A stretch of DNA of 63,134 nt, counting the filler, from Gemmatimonadota bacterium (lineage in GTDB: Bacteria > 4572-55 > J002): assembly GCA_003697105.1 (NCBI GenBank). It is 5 parts of 5 records of this genome, joined end to end, with 100 filler letters (N's around TTAATTAATTAA, not from the genome) between each part and the next. Parts side by side here need not be neighbours in the genome. Positions count along the whole stretch, not along the records: positions 16,304 to 34,947 come from RFFQ01000029.1; positions 35,048 to 43,415 come from RFFQ01000031.1; 3 more parts are not named here. One strand, 5' to 3'. Position 1 is the stretch's first letter; the number at the start of each line of letters is the position of its first letter. Shown here piece by piece: positions 29,843 to 38,234 of the stretch. The position numbers and the translations under genes were made by a program. A model generated the notes under the pieces. It searched no databases, was not told where the DNA came from, and saw nothing but the letters and a program-made list of their open reading frames with translations.

Positions 29843-31831
29843 ATGACCACCATGTCTGAGTTGGCAAAAAAACTGAAAACCCAATTGGAGACCGTCACCG
29901 ACCCCGCCACAAGGGTCGATCTTCTCAACCAGTTGGCGTGGCATACATGGCGCCAAGATGCCAATCAAGCACTCCGCTATAGTGAGCAGGCGTTTGCTCT
30001 GGCACACGAGATCAATTATCCCAAAGGCATTATCCAAAGTTTGATCCGTAAAGGACTAAGTTGCCTGACATTTGCCCGCTATGACGAGGCACTATCTCAC
30101 TTCCAAACCGCATTGCGCATAATGGATGACACCGGGGAAACCGGCGAGAAGGGATTTATTCATAACCGAATCGGTGTGGTCTATTACAATTTGGGAGATT
30201 ATAATAAAGCCTTGCAAGAACAATTAGTCTGCTTAGAAATCAGTCAAGAAACTCAGGATAAACGGCTGGAAAGCCGGGCTTTAAACAGCATCGGTATCAT
30301 TAGTAATGCGTTGGAACGCTTTGAAGAAGCACTCGAATATTACCAACGAAGTATGACCCTCGCCGAAGAGATTAACGACTTGCAATTACAGGCGTTTGCG
30401 CTTAATAACATGGGCACCGTTTATGACTCCCTAAAACATTATGATAAAGCCCTCGAAAATTATCGAAAAAGCATTGAAATCAATGAAAAGTTAGGAAATG
30501 ATACCGCCCGCGCAATTGGGATCAGCAACATGGGAGATGCATATCGTCTAATGAAAGATTACCCCCAAGCCTTAAAATATTATCAAGAAGCACTCGCCAT
30601 CGACCGGCAACGGGGAACAAAAAGCAGTGAAGCACACGTGTTGCACTCCTTAGGCGAACTGTATCTGGAACAAAAGGATACAGAACAGGCATTGCACTAC
30701 CTCACAGCGGCGTTGGAACTCAGCCAGCAGATTAAAAATAAGCATTTGGTATTCGAGGTGCATTTCTCGCTCTCCAAATTATATCGCACGGTAGAAGATT
30801 TTGAGCAAGCGTTAACCCATTTTGAGAAATATCATCAGATTAAAGAAGAAGTCCTCAATGAAGACTCCGCCCAAAAGGTGAAAAATTTCCAAATCCGGCT
30901 CGAACTGGAGCGGAAAGAAAAAGAAGCCGAAATTTACCGCAAAAAAAATGAAGAATTGGCTCGTTTGAACGAAGAACTCGAAAAAACGAACCAACAACTG
31001 CTGGAAGCCCAAATTCAGACGGTTACTGCCCAAGCAAAACAGATGGAAGCGGAACGGCTGGCAACATTGGGACGGGTTGCCAGTATGATCGGGCATGATA
31101 TGAACAATGCCCTCAGCGGGGTCATTTCCCCTTTAGAATATATCATCTTGGCAGAACCCCTCGATCAGGGTGAAATTTGGGACTGTTGGGAAACCGATGA
31201 AGATGGTAGTCGCCTAAAAGCCTATCTGGAAGAATGGGAAAAAACATGGAACCGGATACAGGACGCCGCCCAAATGATCCAAATCGGCGCAAAACGAGCG
31301 CACATGGTGATTAACGACCTGCAAAGTGCTGTCGGTGGCAAAAGCCAGAAACTGGGCTATATCAATCTACCGGATGTCTTTCGGGAAAGTGTCCGGCTGC
31401 AGAAAAAACATTTGCTGAACATCAATGTTATCGAAAAATTTGAGAGCGAGGAGATGCGGGTTGTGACCACCAGTGGTGCCATGAGCCAAATATTTATGAA
31501 CCTCCTGATCAATGCCTGCCATGCGCTAGAAGGACGGGAAAACCCGACGATCATTGTCGAATTGAAAACCAAAAATGAGGGGGTCGAAATCCGTATTTCC
31601 GATAATGGAAAGGGTATTCCCGAAGACATCATGCCCCATATTTTTAAGCCCTTCTTCTCCACCAAAGGTGAAGATGGCTCCGGGTTGGGGTTAGCCGCCA
31701 TCAAACAAATTTTGAAAGGGTTTAACGGTACCATCGAGGTCGAAAGTGAACTGGGTAAAGGCACTACTTTTATCGTTTGGATACCCAAAGAGGGTAAAGA
31801 AGTTCCGCTAATGAAACCACGCTGGGTCTAA
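29843..31831 (+). CDS. Soluble TPR-histidine kinase (array member 5)
   Basis: TPRs, GHDMNN, NACHA, DNGKG, FFSTK, GSGLGL. Confidence 0.9.
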   Translation: MTTMSELAKKLKTQLETVTDPATRVDLLNQLAWHTWRQDANQALRYSEQAFALAHEINYPKGIIQSLIRKGLSCLTFARYDEALSHFQTALRIMDDTGETGEKGFIHNRIGVVYYNLGDYNKALQEQLVCLEISQETQDKRLESRALNSIGIISNALERFEEALEYYQRSMTLAEEINDLQLQAFALNNMGTVYDSLKHYDKALENYRKSIEINEKLGNDTARAIGISNMGDAYRLMKDYPQALKYYQEALAIDRQRGTKSSEAHVLHSLGELYLEQKDTEQALHYLTAALELSQQIKNKHLVFEVHFSLSKLYRTVEDFEQALTHFEKYHQIKEEVLNEDSAQKVKNFQIRLELERKEKEAEIYRKKNEELARLNEELEKTNQQLLEAQIQTVTAQAKQMEAERLATLGRVASMIGHDMNNALSGVISPLEYIILAEPLDQGEIWDCWETDEDGSRLKAYLEEWEKTWNRIQDAAQMIQIGAKRAHMVINDLQSAVGGKSQKLGYINLPDVFRESVRLQKKHLLNINVIEKFESEEMRVVTTSGAMSQIFMNLLINACHALEGRENPTIIVELKTKNEGVEIRISDNGKGIPEDIMPHIFKPFFSTKGEDGSGLGLAAIKQILKGFNGTIEVESELGKGTTFIVWIPKEGKEVPLMKPRWV

Positions 31832-31887
31832 CCTGTATTATTTGTAACATGATACCCCAACGGCTCTAGAAAAAAATATAAACGACA

Positions 31888-31915
31888 TTGACTCTTTTCG
31901 CGGTTTATGAATAAT
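31888..31915 (+). promoter_or_regulatory. Possible internal promoter before array member 6
   Basis: TTGACT-N16-AATAAT preceded by an A-tract, in the only large (~124 nt) gap within the array. Confidence 0.35.
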
Positions 31916-31955
31916 TCAGGCTAAATAAAACGGTCCCGATTTTGTGGGGAAGGAA

Positions 31956-33932
31956 ATGCCGGATATTGCAGAATTAGAAAGACAACTTGAAATCTGTACC
32001 AGTGAACTTGAGCGAATTAACCTACGCAACCAACTTGCTTGGGAACTCAAAAAAAAAGATACGGATCACGCCTTTGCCCTCGCCACCGAGGCGTATAAGC
32101 AGGCAACCCAATTGAATTACTCCAAAGGGGTTGCCTACGCCCAGCGTGCCCGAGGGGCTTGCCTGATGTTCCAAGCAAAATATGATGAAGCCCTCCTGAA
32201 TCTCTCTCAAGCCGCTCAAACATTCAACGCCCTTACCGATCCATTTGGTGAAGCCTCCGTTTACAACGTGATGGGGGTCATTTATAAACGGATGGGTCAT
32301 TACAACCGTGCTTTGGAGTACTATCTGTTGGGACTAGATTATGCCGAACAGGCACAGGATTCGTTATTAATATCGAGCATTCTTAGCAATGTTGCCGGTA
32401 TCTATAGCGCCCTTGGGCAAAACCAACAAGCCCTTGATTATTATCAGAAAAATCTAGAGATCTACCGGCAAGCCGGGGATCGGGACCGGGAAGCCTTAGT
32501 ATGGGGCAACATCGCCAGTGTATATGATGCTCTTGGCGACCACGAAAAGGCACTCCAAGCCAGTTTTGATTGCCTCAAACTGAGCCAACAGGTTCAGAAT
32601 CAATGGCGTATCTGCAATACCCTGTGTAATATTGGGGCGATCTATTACCACTTGAAAACGTATGATGAGGCGCTGGAGTATTTCCAGCAAAGCCTGGTAC
32701 TGGCTAGGGAAATAAATAACATTCAGTTGCAAGCTCATGCCATGTTGGCGCTGGGTACGGTATATCGTGAAAAACAGATATATGATAAAGGATTGGATTA
32801 CCTGCACCAAGGGTTAGCACTGGCGGAACAGGTGCAAGAAAAGGAATCCATTAAAACCGCCTATAAAGCGATCTCTGAAATTTATGAAGAGACGGGAGAT
32901 TTCCAAAACGCTCTGGACTATCACAAAAAATTTCAGGAGATCGATCATGAAACCCTCACTATCAAGGCGGATGAGAATTTGCGGAAGATGCAAACCCAGT
33001 TTCAAGTTGATCTCAAGGAAAAAGAAACCGAAATACTTCGCCAAAAAAACGAGGAACTGGAGCATCTCAATGCCGAACTGGAAACCATGAATGAAAATTT
33101 AGTGGAAACCCAATTGAAACTCGTCCAATCTCAGGCACGGCGCATCGAAAGTGAAAAACTCGCCAAGCTAGGCGAACTCGCCAGCATGATGGCACACGAA
33201 ATAAATAATGCTCTCAGCGGGATTCTGGGTCCGGCAGAGCAAATCCAGAAAACCCCCCCACTGGATGAGGAGAGGATCTGGAAATGCTGGGAAACCGATC
33301 AGGAAGGTACTCAATTAAGTGCCTATTTGCACCAATGGAACTCCACGTGGCGCCGCATTCAAGATGCGGCAAATCTCATCACTACTGCCGGAAAACGTGC
33401 ACAACAGGCCATCTTGGATTTACAGAATTTTGTGGGGGATAAAAGCCATAAGTTGGGCGCTATCGTGATCAAAGATGTCCTTCAAGGGTCAATCCGGCTA
33501 CAAGCCCAGCGCTTGGAAAAATTACGTCTTATTCAGGATTTTGAAGACGATGACCTCCGGATCACGGCTACAACCGGTGAACTGAGCCAAATTTTTACAA
33601 ACCTGATCAGTAATGCAACGGACGCCTTGCAGAATGCGACAGACCCCACCATTACCATTCGGGTAAGCACCCACAATGGGGGCATCGAAATGCAGTTTAG
33701 CGATAACGGGATCGGCATCGCTCCGGAAGATATGCGCCGTATTTTTGAACCCATGTTCACGACGAAAGGGGAGAAAAGCTCCGGGTTGGGGCTTTCCACA
33801 GTCAAACGGATTGTAGAGGCGTACAACGGGACGATCCACGTTCAAAGCGAACTTGGAAGCGGCACAACGTTCACCCTCTGGCTACCGCTGGATGGTAAAA
33901 AAAGCCCTCATGCTCCTGCGGGTGCGGTATGA
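31956..33932 (+). CDS. Soluble TPR-histidine kinase (array member 6)
   Basis: TPRs, AHEINN, NATDA, DNGIG, MFTTK, SGLGL; ATG 31956 gives an N-terminus matching the paralogs. Confidence 0.9.
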   Translation: MPDIAELERQLEICTSELERINLRNQLAWELKKKDTDHAFALATEAYKQATQLNYSKGVAYAQRARGACLMFQAKYDEALLNLSQAAQTFNALTDPFGEASVYNVMGVIYKRMGHYNRALEYYLLGLDYAEQAQDSLLISSILSNVAGIYSALGQNQQALDYYQKNLEIYRQAGDRDREALVWGNIASVYDALGDHEKALQASFDCLKLSQQVQNQWRICNTLCNIGAIYYHLKTYDEALEYFQQSLVLAREINNIQLQAHAMLALGTVYREKQIYDKGLDYLHQGLALAEQVQEKESIKTAYKAISEIYEETGDFQNALDYHKKFQEIDHETLTIKADENLRKMQTQFQVDLKEKETEILRQKNEELEHLNAELETMNENLVETQLKLVQSQARRIESEKLAKLGELASMMAHEINNALSGILGPAEQIQKTPPLDEERIWKCWETDQEGTQLSAYLHQWNSTWRRIQDAANLITTAGKRAQQAILDLQNFVGDKSHKLGAIVIKDVLQGSIRLQAQRLEKLRLIQDFEDDDLRITATTGELSQIFTNLISNATDALQNATDPTITIRVSTHNGGIEMQFSDNGIGIAPEDMRRIFEPMFTTKGEKSSGLGLSTVKRIVEAYNGTIHVQSELGSGTTFTLWLPLDGKKSPHAPAGAV

Positions 33933-34312
33933 GATGGGTCTGGATTGCCGTTGGCGGGGCGCTGGGTGCAATCTGCCGCTATGTTGTGTCTGGATTGGCA
34001 CATCAACTGGTGCCCACTACCTTCCCGTGGGGGACCTTGGTAGTCAATTTGACCGGCTCATTTCTTATTGGGTTCTTATGGGCACTATTTGAAGAGCTGT
34101 GGCTCAGCCCATCATTGCGGCTACTGATTTTCACCGGCTTTTTGGGAGCATTTACGACGTTTTCCACCTTTAGTCTGGAAAGTACCCAACTATTACGCGA
34201 TAACGAGATCAAACTCGCCCTGATCAACCTAATCGGTAGCACCGTTTCGGGTATTATGCTGGTGTTGGTGGGTTTTATCTTTGCCCGCTTCTTACTTCAA
34301 CTTTTACGATAG
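33929..34312 (+). CDS. crcB: Fluoride channel Fluc/CrcB
   Basis: GGALGAICRY, FPWGTLVVN, TGFLGAFTTFSTFSLE; ATGA overlap with kinase 6. Confidence 0.95.
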   Translation: MRWVWIAVGGALGAICRYVVSGLAHQLVPTTFPWGTLVVNLTGSFLIGFLWALFEELWLSPSLRLLIFTGFLGAFTTFSTFSLESTQLLRDNEIKLALINLIGSTVSGIMLVLVGFIFARFLLQLLR

Positions 34313-34320
34313 GTGAGACG

Positions 34321-34653
34321 ATGATCCATGCCGATCACGAGATTTTACTCCGAATTTTCATCAGCGAAACGGATACCTACCACAAAAAACCGCTCTATGA
34401 ACAGATCGTCATCAAAGCACACGAATTAGGTATTGCCGGTGCGACCGTTTTACGCGGCTTGATGGGCTACGGCGCCGGTAGCCGTATCCACAGCGCCAAG
34501 GTCTTACGGCTGTCGGATGATCTACCGGTGGTGGTAGAACTTGTGGATGTGGAAGAAAAACTAAATCCCTTGATTCCGTTCCTCAACGACGTCGTCACGG
34601 AAGGCTTGATCACGATGGAAAAAGTAACGGTAATCAAGTACCGGAAAGGGTAA
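34321..34653 (+). CDS. DUF190 (PII-like) protein, commonly crcB-associated
   Basis: LLRIFISE.D...KPLYE.IV..A...GIAGATVLRG..GYG..S.IH...LS.DLPVVVE. Confidence 0.88.
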   Translation: MIHADHEILLRIFISETDTYHKKPLYEQIVIKAHELGIAGATVLRGLMGYGAGSRIHSAKVLRLSDDLPVVVELVDVEEKLNPLIPFLNDVVTEGLITMEKVTVIKYRKG

Positions 34654-34874
34654 GAGTACTCTCGGATGTGTAACTACTTGAGGTTACGAATCTTAAAATT
34701 TAGGTTTCAGCAGTTGCAATACACAAAAATTTAAATCACCACACCTCTCGGGATGATGTCTCATTCTTCGACTCTCATTTTTCAAAAACGACACGGTCGA
34801 AGACGGATGAAAAAGGGGATTAAGGGGGTCAAACATCCTTCCTCCCGTGCGGTTCCAACGCGCCTTCCCGCATG

Positions 34875-34942
34875 GTAGAGACGTTGCACTGCTTTGTGCC
34901 CCTACCAAAAAGACGTTGCAGTGCTTTGTGCCCCTACCAAAA
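34875..34942. repeat. Tandem 32-bp REP-like (GTAG...CTAC) repeat at the contig end
   Basis: AGACGTTGCA[C/G]TGCTTTGTGCCCCTACCAAAA twice (34879-34910, 34911-34942), first copy preceded by GTAG. Confidence 0.75.
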
Positions 34943-34947
34943 CACCG

Positions 34948-35047
34948 NNNNNNNNNNNNNNNNNNNNNNNNNNNNNNNNNNNNNNNNNNNNTTAATTAAT
35001 TAANNNNNNNNNNNNNNNNNNNNNNNNNNNNNNNNNNNNNNNNNNNN
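34948..35047. other. Artificial contig-join spacer
   Basis: 100-nt N-TTAATTAATTAA-N. Confidence 0.95.
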
Positions 35048-35104
35048 ATGAGTTTGTGAGTTTATGAGTTTGTGAGTTTATGAGTTTGTGAGTTTATGAG
35101 TTTG
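35048..35104. repeat. Short tandem repeat (ATGAGTTTGTGAGTTT)n, 8/16-bp period
   Basis: About seven RTGAGTTT units running into the gap. Confidence 0.9.
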
Positions 35105-35108
35105 TTAT

Positions 35109-37097
35109 TTAGTTGGCTTGATGTTGCTGCGCCAAATACTCGGGCCAGTACCGCACTTCTAATTCCCCGATTTCGAGTGGGGTATCGTTTTCAATTGCTT
35201 CATACAAACGATGGACTTTTTCAGGGTCATACCACCAATAGCTATATACCGAGCGATAGTCACCTCCATAGCGGCTCACCATGTATTCCGGGTAACCGAA
35301 TTTGTTCCAAAACATCAGCCGCTGGTACGGGCGATGGGTTGCCCATGCGGAGACACGGGTATCGGCTACAATCCCGTCAAATTCCCGGATGAGTTCGATC
35401 CGTTTTTGCAAATCAAATTCCCGATCATAGGCTTCAATGATGCTATCCACCCGGGCATTTTTGAAGCCGTAAATATTGCTGGTGTTATCCCGGTCTGCCA
35501 TTTCGGAATGGTACGAGCGGGGGTAGGGAAAGATGGAACTGCTCCACGATTCATAGGTGATCGTAAAATTTCGTTCCATTTTCATCTTCCAGATGGAATT
35601 GCCATCCATGAATTTGATTTGCAGGTCAATACCATATTCCCGCAACATCTGTTGGTACGGGGTAACCATGTAATCGATGGTCTTGGGGATGGCAATTTCT
35701 ACACTAAGGGGGCGTCCTTCTTCATTGACCAGAATCCCATCAGCATTGCGTTTCTTAAAGCCGGCTTCCCGCAGGAGTTGCACGGCTTTTTCGGGATTGT
35801 ATTCCACCTTTTCATTATTGGGATTGGCATATATCGACCCTTCAAACAACGAATTTTGAAACCCGTACTCGTTGTAATACATCTCCTCATTCATTTTACG
35901 ACGATTGAACAGATAGGTAAATGCCCAGCGAATTCGCTTATCATTGAAGGGCCACACCCGCATGTTGAATGCGTAGCCGGATGTCCCGCTCGGTTTTTCG
36001 GAATACACTTTGCGCTTTTGAACCCATCCCTTTTTCACTGCCGGAAAATCGGTCTCTTCAACCCACCGCCGCGCTTGGGAGACCGTGATCACATCCTGTT
36101 CCATTTTCTTGAACTTCTCAAATTCCAGACTAACATTGTCTTTTACGACCAAAAATTTGATCCGGTCAAAATTGTACAAATATTTTTTGGTGGGGTTGTC
36201 TGCGTTCCAATAATCCAAGCGACGTGTCAACGTGTAGGATTGCTGGCTTTTGATGTCTTCTTCCAAAATGGTATAGGGACCGGTGCCCGGCAAAACTTTA
36301 AACTGATATTCTTCCAGATAGTCGGCGCCGGACAAATCGCCAATGTAATGCGCCGGATAGATCGTCATTAGCCCGAACCCCATAAAATTCCGCCAACCCA
36401 ATTCCTTGGGGCGAACGCTTACGATGTATTTGGATTCTGCTACCGGTCGCTCATAACGCAAATAGTAGGTATTGGTGGAGGGCGCTAAAATAGTTTCGTC
36501 GGTGAGCAATTCCCAACTGGCGACCACATCCTCCGCCGTAACCGGCTGACCATCCGACCAGCGGGCATCCGGATTGATGCGAAACCAAAATTGCATCTTA
36601 TCATCTGCTATTTTCCAATGGGTGGCTAAACTTGGGATATATTCTAAGGAAACCGGATGGAGATCAAGCAAACTCTCGTAAAGCAACCCCTGAAAGGTGC
36701 TATTTTCCACATAATTGGAATTTTGCCCTTCTGTACGCATGGTTGCCGGAAAACGGCTGGTAATTTCGGTCAATACGCCGCCCTTGACGGCACGGGGATC
36801 ACCGAAAAATTTTAGCTCTTCCTCCGTAAAATCGTAGGTTACATAGCCCATACTGGCGGCGATAGCTTCAAAACCATAACCACCTTCTTCTGCGGGCGTT
36901 TCCTGATCTGGAGGCGCGATGTGTTCCGCGGTACGAATGGCAAATTTTTGAAGTTCTTTGGGAGTTCCTCCGACAATGCCTTTCGCCAGAGAACTCTGCG
37001 GTAAGTAACGGGCGGCAACTTCTTGAATCAGGGTTGCCAGTAGCGAAATAGCGAGGACGATCACGATTCGCCGGATCAAAATCACATGTCTTTTCAT
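35109..37097 (-). CDS. Peptide ABC transporter substrate-binding protein (family 5, YejA/OppA-like)
   Basis: Signal peptide MKRHVILIRRIVIVLAISLL; A.KGG, LYESLL, LA..W, ARWSDGQPVTAEDV, GTGPY, RRLDYW, FNDKRIR.A. Confidence 0.88.
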   Translation of the reverse strand: MKRHVILIRRIVIVLAISLLATLIQEVAARYLPQSSLAKGIVGGTPKELQKFAIRTAEHIAPPDQETPAEEGGYGFEAIAASMGYVTYDFTEEELKFFGDPRAVKGGVLTEITSRFPATMRTEGQNSNYVENSTFQGLLYESLLDLHPVSLEYIPSLATHWKIADDKMQFWFRINPDARWSDGQPVTAEDVVASWELLTDETILAPSTNTYYLRYERPVAESKYIVSVRPKELGWRNFMGFGLMTIYPAHYIGDLSGADYLEEYQFKVLPGTGPYTILEEDIKSQQSYTLTRRLDYWNADNPTKKYLYNFDRIKFLVVKDNVSLEFEKFKKMEQDVITVSQARRWVEETDFPAVKKGWVQKRKVYSEKPSGTSGYAFNMRVWPFNDKRIRWAFTYLFNRRKMNEEMYYNEYGFQNSLFEGSIYANPNNEKVEYNPEKAVQLLREAGFKKRNADGILVNEEGRPLSVEIAIPKTIDYMVTPYQQMLREYGIDLQIKFMDGNSIWKMKMERNFTITYESWSSSIFPYPRSYHSEMADRDNTSNIYGFKNARVDSIIEAYDREFDLQKRIELIREFDGIVADTRVSAWATHRPYQRLMFWNKFGYPEYMVSRYGGDYRSVYSYWWYDPEKVHRLYEAIENDTPLEIGELEVRYWPEYLAQQHQAN

Positions 37098-37197
37098 GCG
37101 CAACCGTTTTATGGGGGTTGGAAAAAAGGTCTCCCTAAAAAACAGGATTTCCATCCAAAAAGCAAGGATAATTTATGGGATAGTACATGCCCGCCTC

Positions 37198-38220
37198 TCA
37201 TTCGCTTGTATTGAGAATCTGAAGTTCGATTTCCAGCACCCAAAAATCATTGGTGTGGGGCAACGATTCTAGCCGGACCCAATCTTTTTCGGTGGTGATG
37301 ATTGCCTTGGCGTGTACTTGCTGGGCAACCGCACGAATCCGCACCACATCTGCCGTAGAATACGGATGGTGATCCGGAAAAATCAATGTCTGTCGTATCT
37401 CCCCACCGAGTTCCTGTAGCGTATGGTGAAATCCCTGCGGATTGCCGATACTGGACACGGCAACCACCGCCAATCCTTGCACGGCTTGTAGTGGGATGGT
37501 TTCCAAGGCAGATCGAAATCGTACCGGTCGATGCTTGGTGTGAAGGAGCGGTCGATCTACCTTGAGATGTATCTCAGCGGGGGCAGATACCCGGGTCAGG
37601 ACGATTTGCGAAGCCCGATTCAGGGCGGAAAGAGGTTCACGCAGAATGCCACGGGGCAGTAGATGCCCATTACCAAACGGGCACATGGCATCCACTAGCA
37701 CCACATCCTGATCGCGGGCAACTTGCCAATGCTGAAAAGCATCATCCAAGATAATCACGTCGGGGTTGAACTGTTCGATGGCAAATTGGCAGGCTTTAGC
37801 ACGATGGCGGCAGGCAAGCACCGGAATCCCGGAGGTTTTGAGGGCGATTAAATAGGGTTCATCTCCGCATGTTTTCCACTCTTTCAATCGATTTTGCCCG
37901 TCGGAAACCACAATCACCGTATCGCTCTCGGCTTTGTAGCCCCGGCTAATTGTCACCACCGTTTTACCTTCTGCTTGATATTTTTGGGCGAGGTAGATTA
38001 CGAACGGAGTTTTACCCGTCCCTCCCACTGTGATATTGCCTACACTGACAATCTCCACCGGAAATTGGCGGGATTTCAGGATACCGGTTTCATAACCGGT
38101 GCGCCGGATGCGTACCGCCGCGCCGTAAAGAATCGAACACCACCAGAGCAAGCCGCGTAGGGGTATTGCCCAGAACGGGAGGGGGTGGTCATATAAAATG
38201 GCAGTAATCAGGTGTCGCAT
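37198..38220 (-). CDS. lpxK: Tetraacyldisaccharide 4'-kinase
   Basis: SVGNITVGGTGKTP, SRGY, GDEP, ILDDAFQH, LLPRGILRE, FPDHH.Y, TTEKD. Confidence 0.96.
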   Translation of the reverse strand: MRHLITAILYDHPLPFWAIPLRGLLWWCSILYGAAVRIRRTGYETGILKSRQFPVEIVSVGNITVGGTGKTPFVIYLAQKYQAEGKTVVTISRGYKAESDTVIVVSDGQNRLKEWKTCGDEPYLIALKTSGIPVLACRHRAKACQFAIEQFNPDVIILDDAFQHWQVARDQDVVLVDAMCPFGNGHLLPRGILREPLSALNRASQIVLTRVSAPAEIHLKVDRPLLHTKHRPVRFRSALETIPLQAVQGLAVVAVSSIGNPQGFHHTLQELGGEIRQTLIFPDHHPYSTADVVRIRAVAQQVHAKAIITTEKDWVRLESLPHTNDFWVLEIELQILNTSE

Positions 38221-38234
38221 CGCAATTCTATAAT

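Noticed and set aside
31832-31955. Fluoride riboswitch upstream of kinase6-crcB
   Set aside because: No GGCGATGG...GCTRATGAC-type consensus is visible; needs an Infernal scan to exclude formally.
21368-34947. Phr-like small signal-peptide genes accompanying the TPR kinases
   Set aside because: Intergenic gaps are mostly under 20 nt, and I saw no convincing RBS-led secreted peptide ORF in the larger gaps.
34875-35104. CRISPR array
   Set aside because: The 32-bp and 8/16-bp repeats are directly tandem with no unique spacers, and no cas genes are present.
35211-36371. 386-aa plus-strand ORF
   Set aside because: Fully antisense to the well-supported ABC binding protein and has no recognisable motifs; treated as a shadow ORF, like the other antisense ORFs (e.g. 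41392-42129, 56863-57612).
33932-37097. Functional link between the TPR-kinase array and the peptide ABC binding protein (Opp/RRNPP-like circuit)
   Set aside because: They are separated by an artificial contig spacer, so the adjacency is uninformative.
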